NCBI GenBank assembly: GCA_963792755.1
Contig: CAWBXQ010000009.1
Coordinates: 487,241 to 551,240 of the forward strand
Reading direction: 5' to 3'
Length of the DNA stretch: 64,000 bases
From: an uncultured Ignavibacteria bacterium
Lineage (GTDB): Bacteria; Bacteroidota; Ignavibacteria; Ignavibacteriales; Ignavibacteriaceae
The position numbers were made by a program, and so were the translations under genes. Every line of letters begins with the position of its first letter. Position 1 is the stretch's first letter. Of this stretch, positions 20,501 to 28,595 are shown one piece after another. Below the pieces are notes generated by a model. The model was not told the DNA's origin. It did not search any database and saw only the letters and a program-made list of their open reading frames with translations.

Positions 20501-22075
20501 ATGAAAAAAATAATTCTTGTTTTAGCCGCAATCGGAATAATAATTATATCTGCTGTTACTTTTCTTACAACACGCAGTTATGAACCGACTCAATTAATGA
20601 AATTGAATGAAGAATATCCTAAAAAAGATTCTACTTCTGTGAATCATCGACAATTTGCTATACTTCAAAAGAAATTTCACTCGCCCCAGGAAGTAACAGA
20701 AGCTTGCATATCCTGCCATACTAAAAGAGATATTGAAGTGATGAATTCCAATCACTGGAACTGGGAAAGAGCAGAATATATAGAAGGAAAAGGAATTGTT
20801 TATATCGGGAAGAAGAATGCGATAAATAATTTTTGTATAGGTGTCGAAGGGAATGAACAAAGTTGTGCGAAATGCCATATAGGTTATGGGATGACAAACC
20901 AGGGATTCAGTTATACTGATCCTAAAAATATTGATTGCCTTGTTTGTCACGATAATACCGAAACTTATGTAAAAGGAAATGAGCTTGCCGGTTATCCTGA
21001 TCCGTCGCTGGATTTAAATTTTATTTCTCAGAATGTGGGAAAACCTAAACGCTCTAATTGCGGTGTTTGTCATTTCTTTGGTGGCGGCGGAAATAATGTA
21101 AAACATGGTGATCTTGAAAAATCTATGTTCGAACCTTCTAAAGATGTTGATGTACACATGGCTGTTGAAGGTCCAAATCTGCAATGTATTGATTGCCATA
21201 AAACGGAAAAGCATGTTATTTCCGGTAAAATGTATTCACTTTCTTCTATGAACAGGAACAGAGTTTTATGTGAAGACTGCCATACGGAAAGTCCTCACAA
21301 AGCAGAAATTCTTAACGAACATACTGTTAAAGTTGCATGCCAGACATGTCATATTCCGACTTATGCAAAAGTAAATGCAACCAAAATTGATTGGGACTGG
21401 TCAACGGCAGGTAAACTTAAAGATGGAAAGCCTTACGAAGAAGATGATGCAGATGGAAATCATACTTATCTCTCTATTAAAGGAAGTTTCCATTGGGGAA
21501 AAAATCTTAAACCGGAATACATCTGGTTTAATGGAACTGCAGATCATTACTTGCTTGGTGAAACATTTAAAGATACAACCGAGCCACTAAAGATTAATAT
21601 TTTAAATGGTTCATACAGTGATCGTGATTCGAAAATTATTCCTGTTAAAATTCACAGGTCAAAACAGCCTTATGACCCTGTTCTTAAAGTTTTAATTCAG
21701 CCAAAACTGTTTGCAGATAAAAAAGGGGAGGGTGCTTTCTGGCAGGACTTTGACTGGAGAAGAGCTTCTATAGAAGGTATGAAAGAAGCTAAAGTTCCGT
21801 TCAGTGGACAGGTCTCTTTCATTAGAACGGAAATGTATTGGCCCTTAAATCATATGGTTTCTTCTAAAGAACAGGCAGTTCAATGTAATGAATGCCACAC
21901 AAGAGAAAATAGCCGTTTGGCAAAACTTAAAGATTTTTATATGCCGGCGAGAGATTATTCTTCGGTCGTAGAAACGATGGGAACATCAATAATCCTCTTA
22001 ACGATCTTCGGTGTTTTTATTCATGGCGGAATAAGAATTTTCTCTTCAAGAAAAATGAAGAAGGAGAGCAAGTAA
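20501..22075 (+). CDS. octaheme c-type cytochrome (tetrathionate-reductase Otr-like family)
   Basis: Eight CxxCH motifs (CISCH, CAKCH, CLVCH, CGVCH, CIDCH, CEDCH, CQTCH, CNECH), an N-terminal signal/anchor and a C-terminal hydrophobic helix. Confidence 0.8.
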   Translation: MKKIILVLAAIGIIIISAVTFLTTRSYEPTQLMKLNEEYPKKDSTSVNHRQFAILQKKFHSPQEVTEACISCHTKRDIEVMNSNHWNWERAEYIEGKGIVYIGKKNAINNFCIGVEGNEQSCAKCHIGYGMTNQGFSYTDPKNIDCLVCHDNTETYVKGNELAGYPDPSLDLNFISQNVGKPKRSNCGVCHFFGGGGNNVKHGDLEKSMFEPSKDVDVHMAVEGPNLQCIDCHKTEKHVISGKMYSLSSMNRNRVLCEDCHTESPHKAEILNEHTVKVACQTCHIPTYAKVNATKIDWDWSTAGKLKDGKPYEEDDADGNHTYLSIKGSFHWGKNLKPEYIWFNGTADHYLLGETFKDTTEPLKINILNGSYSDRDSKIIPVKIHRSKQPYDPVLKVLIQPKLFADKKGEGAFWQDFDWRRASIEGMKEAKVPFSGQVSFIRTEMYWPLNHMVSSKEQAVQCNECHTRENSRLAKLKDFYMPARDYSSVVETMGTSIILLTIFGVFIHGGIRIFSSRKMKKESK

Positions 22076-22768
22076 ATGAAAAAGCAGGTTAATATTTATA
22101 AAGCTTTTGAAAGATTTTGGCACTGGACGCAGGCAATCTTAATTTTGTTTTTAGCTGCAACAGGTTTTGAAATTCATGGCTCGATAAAATTTTTCGGTTA
22201 CCAGAATGCAGTCGAATATCACAACATAGCGGCATATTCTTTTATTGTATTAATAATTTTTGCGATCTTCTGGCATTTTACAACAGGAGAATGGAAACAA
22301 TATCTTCCAACATTAAATAAAATTAAAGCACAGTTCAATTTTTATCTCTTTGGAATTTTCAGAAATGTACCTCATCCAACAAAAAGAACAGTTCTAAGCA
22401 AATTAAATCCATTACAGCGGTTGGTTTACTTAGGATTGAAAATACTTGTAATACCGGTTATGGTGATTTCCGGATTACTTTATATGTATTACCGATATCC
22501 ACAAAAAGGTGGAGAGATAGAAATGTTGAATATTAATTCAATTGAACCGATCGCTTTGCTTCACACAATGGGAGCTTTTCTTCTGATCGCTTTTCTTATT
22601 GCACATTTGTATTTGATAACAACGGGGACAACTATTACATCAAATTTAAAAGCGATGATTACGGGTTATGAAGAAATAGAAGATGATCAAGAGCAAGTGC
22701 AAGGTCAGGAGCAAGAAAAGAAACAGGAACAGAAAGAAAAAGTTTTAGCTGATGATTTATTGAGTTAA
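22076..22768 (+). CDS. membrane b-type cytochrome (PhsC / hydrogenase cytochrome b-like)
   Basis: Starts directly after the octaheme gene stop. ~4-5 TM helices with conserved His residues (RFWHWTQA, FWHF, LHTMGA, IAHLY). Confidence 0.7.
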   Translation: MKKQVNIYKAFERFWHWTQAILILFLAATGFEIHGSIKFFGYQNAVEYHNIAAYSFIVLIIFAIFWHFTTGEWKQYLPTLNKIKAQFNFYLFGIFRNVPHPTKRTVLSKLNPLQRLVYLGLKILVIPVMVISGLLYMYYRYPQKGGEIEMLNINSIEPIALLHTMGAFLLIAFLIAHLYLITTGTTITSNLKAMITGYEEIEDDQEQVQGQEQEKKQEQKEKVLADDLLS

Positions 22769-22894
22769 TGTCATGATGAATTTACTTGCCTTGCTTTGCA
22801 AAATCGAAGCAGGTTTCAGCATCTTCTAAAATAATTAAGATCCCGAAACGAGTTCGGGATGACATTATAAAAATTAATTTCAAAGGATAATTTT

Positions 22895-23410
22895 ATGAAC
22901 TCTACAAAATATATGAATCCATACCTCGCAGGATTCCTTTTAGGATTACTTCTTTTAGGAACGATATACATTACGGGAAGAGGACTCGGTGCAAGCGGTG
23001 CAATTAAAAGCGGGTTGGTTGCAGTTGTTCAGACTGTTGCCCCTTCTCATACTGAACAATCAAAATTTTATGAGGAATATCTTACTGAGCATCAGAATAA
23101 TCCTTTAAAGAACTGGCTTGTGTTTGAAGTTATAGGTGTCGTAATCGGTGCTTTTATATCTGGATTAATTTCCAACAGATTAAAATTCACTTTTGAATCT
23201 TCACCTAAACTTCAGGTTAGAACACGAGTTATTGCCGCACTCTTTGGTGGATTATTATTTGGCTTTGGTGCCCAGCTTGGAAGAGGATGCACAAGTGGCG
23301 CTGCATTAAGCGGCATGGCAGTTCTTTCAACAGGTGGAATTATAACTATGATGGCAATATTCGGTGGTGCTTATATATTCGCTTATTTTTTTAGAAAATT
23401 GTGGATATGA
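22895..23410 (+). CDS. YeeE/YedE-family sulfur-compound transporter, half-size protein
   Basis: 171 aa with 4 TM helices and a GRGCTSGAALSG motif. Confidence 0.75.
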   Translation: MNSTKYMNPYLAGFLLGLLLLGTIYITGRGLGASGAIKSGLVAVVQTVAPSHTEQSKFYEEYLTEHQNNPLKNWLVFEVIGVVIGAFISGLISNRLKFTFESSPKLQVRTRVIAALFGGLLFGFGAQLGRGCTSGAALSGMAVLSTGGIITMMAIFGGAYIFAYFFRKLWI

Positions 23411-23429
23411 AATTGCAACTCGTATTAAA

Positions 23430-23530
23430 AACCGTTGAAACGGTTGACGATAATTTTATATTTACGTTAACCCACGGCTTAAGCCGTGGGTTAATAAGAA
23501 CAAAATATTTTTGTAACTGTTTTAACAGTT
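23430..23530 (+). repeat. three-hairpin modular repeat element, copy 2
   Basis: AACCGTTGAAACGGTT (about 23430-23445), TTAACCCACGGCTTAAGCCGTGGGTTAA (about 23467-23494), AACTGTTTTAACAGTT (about 23515-23530). Confidence 0.8.
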
Positions 23531-23548
23531 TAAGGAAGGGAAATTGAA

Positions 23549-24739
23549 ATGGGACCTTTAGTTCCTGATATAATTGGAAATGAATTAAACTTTGTTGTTG
23601 CTCTCTTTATTGGAATAGCCTTTGGATTTATCCTCGAGCAGGCAGGGTTTTCAACTTCTAAAAAATTAGTTGGATTATTTTACGGATACGATTTTACCGT
23701 CCTGAGAGTTTTCTTTACTGCGGGAGTTACCGCAATGCTTGGCGTTGTTGCTCTTGGACATTTCGGGTTGCTCGATATAAATCTTATCTATATAAATCCG
23801 ACATTTTTATGGTCGGCTTTGGTTGGAGGATTTATTATGGGGCTTGGATTTGTTGTTGGGGGCTTTTGTCCCGGCACAAGTGTTTGTGCAGCAGCAATCG
23901 GCAAAATTGATGCAATGATTTTTATTGCAGGATCATTTATCGGAGTTTTAATCTTTGCAGAAGGATATCCAATCTTTGAAAATCTGTACAAAGCAGAAAA
24001 TTGGGGATATGTTAGAATATTTGATACACTCGGAATGTCACAGGGATTATTTGCATTCCTTTTAACTGCAGTTGCTGTATTTGCATTTTGGGCAACGACA
24101 TTTGTAGAAAATAAAGTTAACGGGAAACCGAACCCAGAATTTCGTCCTGTAAAAATATATGTTGGCTTAACAGGTTTAGCATTCATAATTGGTTTCTCAG
24201 CATTCTTCCTGCCGGATATAAAAGAGACATATCTGAACGAAATTAAAAATGAATCTTACTTTAATTCTTATGAAATAAAATCAATGACTCCTGATGAATT
24301 AGCTTTCAGAATTATGGATAATGATAAATCAATTCAGATAATTGATGTTCGTTCTGCAGAAGAATTTAAAAAGTTGAGCCTCCCAAAGTCATTATCATTT
24401 TCTTTGAATGAACTCTTTAACAAAAGTGCTGAAAGAGTTATGACGATTAAGCATAAGAAAAATATTTTTATTGCCGATGATGAAATGACTTCTAAAAAAG
24501 CAGCAATATTGGCAGATAAATTAGGATATGTGGAACCGGTTTTTCTGAAAGGCGGATTAAATGAATTCAAAAAAGAAATTCTTGATTTTAAAATGCCACC
24601 AGAAATTAAAACAAGAAGAGAGGCAGATACTTTTCGTTTCAGGGAAAAAGCAAGTGAAGTAATTCCTGTTCTTATTGAACAGAATAAAAACAAAGTAATT
24701 CCAAAGAAAGAATCAAAAAGAATAATTGGTGGTTGTTAA
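23549..24739 (+). CDS. YeeE/YedE-family transporter half fused to a C-terminal rhodanese-like domain
   Basis: GGFCPGTSVCAA motif in the membrane part. The C-terminal ~110 aa has a rhodanese-like pattern (IQIIDVRSAEEF ... FLKGGLNEF). No Cys is visible at the active-site loop position (IFIADDEMTSKK). Confidence 0.7.
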   Translation: MGPLVPDIIGNELNFVVALFIGIAFGFILEQAGFSTSKKLVGLFYGYDFTVLRVFFTAGVTAMLGVVALGHFGLLDINLIYINPTFLWSALVGGFIMGLGFVVGGFCPGTSVCAAAIGKIDAMIFIAGSFIGVLIFAEGYPIFENLYKAENWGYVRIFDTLGMSQGLFAFLLTAVAVFAFWATTFVENKVNGKPNPEFRPVKIYVGLTGLAFIIGFSAFFLPDIKETYLNEIKNESYFNSYEIKSMTPDELAFRIMDNDKSIQIIDVRSAEEFKKLSLPKSLSFSLNELFNKSAERVMTIKHKKNIFIADDEMTSKKAAILADKLGYVEPVFLKGGLNEFKKEILDFKMPPEIKTRREADTFRFREKASEVIPVLIEQNKNKVIPKKESKRIIGGC

Positions 24740-24837
24740 TAATTAACTTTACGTTTCTTATTAACAGCACTGTAAATGGAAATAATTATAACTATGTTTA
24801 CATCAATATATAAACTAAAATTTTTATAGGGGAAACA

Positions 24838-26166
24838 ATGGATACAAAGGTAAAACCTGAAGAAGAATCACGGGGTGTTGATGATACTCGTTATTCGATG
24901 GACACCCATTTAATTTATGGGAAAAACTTCACAAAGAAATGGGACTATTCACATCACGTACTTCCGCCAATTTCCTCTTCCGTAATCTATAGATTAGATT
25001 CCGTTGAAAGAGGCGCTGAAGGTTTCCAGGAGTTTGCTCACTCTCCTGAAACGGGCATCGAGCCAATGCCTATTTATATTTATGACAGGCTCGGTGAACC
25101 GAATAAGGAAATCCTCGAAGAGAATCTTGCTTATGTCGAGAGAGGTGAAATGGCTGTCACCTTCGCAACAGGTATGGGTGCAATTTCCGGGATTATTGGC
25201 GTGCTTACAAAAGCAGGTGATGAAATTATCGCTCATAAAACTCTTTATGGATGTACTTATTCGTTAATCACAAACTGGCTTCCAAGATATAATATTAAAA
25301 CCAGCTTTGTCGATCTAACCGATCCGCAAAAGATTTTTGATGTTCTGACCAGCAAAACAAAAGTTATTTTTTTAGAATCTCCCGCAAATCCTAATCTCGA
25401 TATAATCGATATAGAAGAGTTAAAGAGAATTGTTGATGAAATAAATCAAACAAGAGATATAAAAAATAAAATAAGAATTGTTGTTGATAATACATTTGCC
25501 ACACCTTACTGCCAGAGACCGGTTGAACTTGGCGCTGATTTTTCAGTTAACTCGCTTACAAAAGGTCTTGGCGGATTTGGAACTGATATGGGCGGTGTTG
25601 TAATTGGCAGAATGGCTTATAAAGATATTCTTCTTTTATACAGGAAAGATTTTGGTGCTGTTCTTAGTAACAAGAGTGCATGGAATATTCTCACTTATGG
25701 TTTAGCAACTTTGCCTTTAAGAATAAAACAGCAAATGAAATCTGCAATGAGGATTGCAGAGTATCTTAGCAGTCATCCGAAAATTGAATATGTAAAATAT
25801 CCGGGGCTTCCTTCGCATCCCGGTTATGAAATTGCAAAGAAACAGATGGTTGATTTCAACGGAAATTTTGCACCCGGAAGTTTAATCTATTTTGTACTTA
25901 AAGGAGATTCCGCACACGAAGGGAAAGAAAATGGGAGAACTTTTATTAACCAGGTTGCAAACAATGCTTATACAATGACGCTTGCAGTAAGCCTCGGTCA
26001 TACAAGAACTTTAATCGAGCATCCTGCTTCTATGACTCATTCTATGATACCCGCTGAGAAACTTCCCGAATCCGGTATTGATCCGGGAGGAGTGAGAATT
26101 GCAATCGGTGTTGAAGATGTAAACGATATTCTTACAGATCTCGATGAATGTTTGAAGGTTGTTTAG
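24838..26166 (+). CDS. O-acetylhomoserine sulfhydrylase / methionine gamma-lyase family PLP enzyme
   Basis: Cys/Met-metabolism PLP fold: NSLTKGLGG (PLP lysine), VDNTFATPY, VRIAIGVED. Confidence 0.8.
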   Translation: MDTKVKPEEESRGVDDTRYSMDTHLIYGKNFTKKWDYSHHVLPPISSSVIYRLDSVERGAEGFQEFAHSPETGIEPMPIYIYDRLGEPNKEILEENLAYVERGEMAVTFATGMGAISGIIGVLTKAGDEIIAHKTLYGCTYSLITNWLPRYNIKTSFVDLTDPQKIFDVLTSKTKVIFLESPANPNLDIIDIEELKRIVDEINQTRDIKNKIRIVVDNTFATPYCQRPVELGADFSVNSLTKGLGGFGTDMGGVVIGRMAYKDILLLYRKDFGAVLSNKSAWNILTYGLATLPLRIKQQMKSAMRIAEYLSSHPKIEYVKYPGLPSHPGYEIAKKQMVDFNGNFAPGSLIYFVLKGDSAHEGKENGRTFINQVANNAYTMTLAVSLGHTRTLIEHPASMTHSMIPAEKLPESGIDPGGVRIAIGVEDVNDILTDLDECLKVV

Positions 26167-26285
26167 TCTTATAGTTAATCAAAAAAAAGATTAAATTGGG
26201 TCATGTACTAATTACGTATGTGACCTTTTTTATTTTTTATCCTAAATTTCTACATTCGATTTTTTATTTCATTGAAAGGCAGGAA

Positions 26286-27113
26286 ATGAGATTTGTACAA
26301 AATTTAAGTTTACTTGTTCTGCTGCTTTGTTTTACTGGTTTTGCGCAGGATGAAAATGCTGATTCCACAGAAGTTTATATAATTGATTCCTTCGTTCCAC
26401 CTGATAATCCTAACGTTTTTCATTTATCCTTTTTTACAAGCAAGCCTGCCAAATCAAAAATTATTTTTGATGATCAACCAGAGATTATAATTTCCGATAC
26501 TTTAGCGGAAGAGCATAAATTAACTCTTGATCTTACAAAGGTTCATTTCAAATCCAAGGTTGTACCTTATACAATTTTTGTAGAAGATTCTGCAGGTAAT
26601 ATAAATCGAAGTGAAAAATTCGAGTTCGAGCAGCAGGAAGAAATTAAGATGCAATCAGAATCTAATTTTCTTCTGCTTTGTTTGTTTGGCGGGACAGTTT
26701 TTCTTCTTCCGAATCCTGCAATGGTAATAACTAAAGACAAAAATTATTTCAGCCTTACAAAAGAAATAGCTCTTGTTACTTTTCGCGGAAGTTTCAGGTA
26801 CCCGGCAGGTTATATCTCAGCAGAGTATTCTCATATCTTCAAAGCTCCGAAGCAAAATTTTTTAAGAATTGGATATAAACATTTTATAGAGATTCCCGGC
26901 ATACAATATATTTCTCCCGGTCTTAGTGGATTTACAGACTTCAATGGGTTTAATGGACTTAGTCCCGAACTTTCAATCGGCTGGGTTAAGATATTTAATA
27001 CTTTTACTGTCTATACTCGTTATAGGTTTAACTTTAAACCAGGCGAACCTGAAAGCAATTTTCATGAAATATCTTTAGGACTTTATTCAAGTTTCTTTTC
27101 GTTCTACTTTTAA
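26286..27113 (+). CDS. hypothetical secreted protein
   Basis: The internal ATG at 26286 gives a clean signal peptide (LLVLLLCFTGFAQ). The C-terminal half is beta-rich and ends in aromatic residues. Confidence 0.5.
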   Translation: MRFVQNLSLLVLLLCFTGFAQDENADSTEVYIIDSFVPPDNPNVFHLSFFTSKPAKSKIIFDDQPEIIISDTLAEEHKLTLDLTKVHFKSKVVPYTIFVEDSAGNINRSEKFEFEQQEEIKMQSESNFLLLCLFGGTVFLLPNPAMVITKDKNYFSLTKEIALVTFRGSFRYPAGYISAEYSHIFKAPKQNFLRIGYKHFIEIPGIQYISPGLSGFTDFNGFNGLSPELSIGWVKIFNTFTVYTRYRFNFKPGEPESNFHEISLGLYSSFFSFYF

Positions 27114-27123
27114 TCAGCCATTT

Positions 27124-28310
27124 ATGTTTACACCAGAAACTTTAACAGTATCTGAATTAACCAACCAGATTAAATCTTCTCTTGAAGAAAATTTCTCTTA
27201 TGTTTCTGTGATTGGAGAAATCTCAAACTTCAAGCCTCACGTTTCCGGTCACTGGTATTTTAGTGTTAAAGATTCAAACGCAGTTCTTTCCTGCACAATG
27301 TGGAAAGGTTATAACACTTTGTCTTTTTCACTCCACAGGATGGAATGAAAGTAATTGTTAACGGGAAAGATTACAGTTTATCCACCAAGAGGGAATTATC
27401 AGCTCGATGTTCGTTCGATGAAACCGGCAGGTGCAGGAGAACTGCAGGCTGCATTTGAATTGTTGAAGCAGAAACTTGCCGATGAAGGATTATTTGATGA
27501 AGAACATAAAAAACCTATTCCTCAATTTCCTTCTAAGATTGGAATTGTAACTGCGGAAGATAGTGCAGCATTTCGTGATATGGTAAGTGTTGCTGAAAGA
27601 AGATATCCCTTAGTTGAATTGATAGTTGTTCCTGCAAGAGTGCAGGGAAGCGGAGCTGCTGAAAGCATAGTTCAATCATTAAGACTTTTAAATAAATCCA
27701 GTGACGTTGATGTAATTATACTCGCTCGCGGCGGCGGTTCAATTGAAGACTTGTGGGCTTTCAATGAAGAAATTGTTGCGAGAGAAATTTTCAAATCAAA
27801 GATTCCTGTTATATCCGGAGTTGGTCATGAAATAGATTTTACAATTGCTGATTTTGTTGCTGACCTGAGAGCGCCAACTCCTTCGGCTGCAATGGAATTA
27901 GCAACTCCAAAGATGGAAGATATTGTAGGATTACTCAATTATTTCTCCGAAAGATCGTCGCAGATTATGTCTGAGAAATTCAATTATTTAAAAGAGAAAT
28001 TGTTGATGCTTTAAATTCTTACGGCTTCAGAATACCGCAGGAAATAATCAGAAACCGGTCGCAAAGATTAGATGGAGTAATTTACAAGCTTATAAATAAT
28101 TTCGATCATAATATCAAACTAAGAAAAAACAAAGTAGAATTAGCGGTAAAATCCCTTGAAACACACGATATTCAGAAAGCTTTGAAAAGGGGATTTGTAC
28201 TTGTTTCCCAGGATTCTAAATTTGTTACGCGTTCTGCCAAATTTAATTCTAAAAATTCCGCAGTTCTGAAATTTTATGACGATGAATTAACAGTTATTAA
28301 GAAAAATTAG
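27124..28310 (+). pseudogene. xseA: exodeoxyribonuclease VII large subunit, 3 frameshifts
   Basis: OB-fold N-terminus in ORF 27124..27348. The short stretch HFVFFTPQDGMKVIVNGK is in another frame. The core is in ORF 27355..28014. The tail VDALNSYGFRIPQEII...LTVIKKN runs to the TAG at 28308-28310. The shift near 27997 resolves by adding one A to an A3 run. Confidence 0.85.
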
Positions 28311-28343
28311 TTATTTTTATTGTATCATCTGGTTCGGATTTGA

Positions 28344-28583
28344 ATGAGTAGGAAAAACGAAAAAAAGTCCTTTAAAAACTCACTTGTACGTCTTGAGGAA
28401 ATTACAAATCTTCTTGAAAGTGAAGAGATTGAACTTGAAGACGCATTGAAGTTGTATGAAGAAGGAATTACGCTTTCCCGTTTTTGTCTCAATTCTCTTA
28501 AGTCGGCAGAACTAAAAGTTACTGAACTAAAAAAGAAAATCGAAGATTTGCCTCTTGAAGGAAATTTATTTGATGAAGAATAA
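28344..28583 (+). CDS. xseB: exodeoxyribonuclease VII small subunit
   Basis: 79 aa with the LEEITNLLESEEIELEDALKLYEEG pattern, directly after xseA. Confidence 0.85.
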   Translation: MSRKNEKKSFKNSLVRLEEITNLLESEEIELEDALKLYEEGITLSRFCLNSLKSAELKVTELKKKIEDLPLEGNLFDEE

Positions 28584-28595
28584 CTTAGGGTTAAA

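Noticed and set aside
23467-23494. TTAAC...GTTAA-framed hairpins as integron attC sites
   Set aside because: The flanks only partly fit the RYYYAAC / GTTRRRY cores. The stems are short and perfect, without the extrahelical bases typical of attC. No intI gene or cassette array organisation is present, and copies sit inside core operons.
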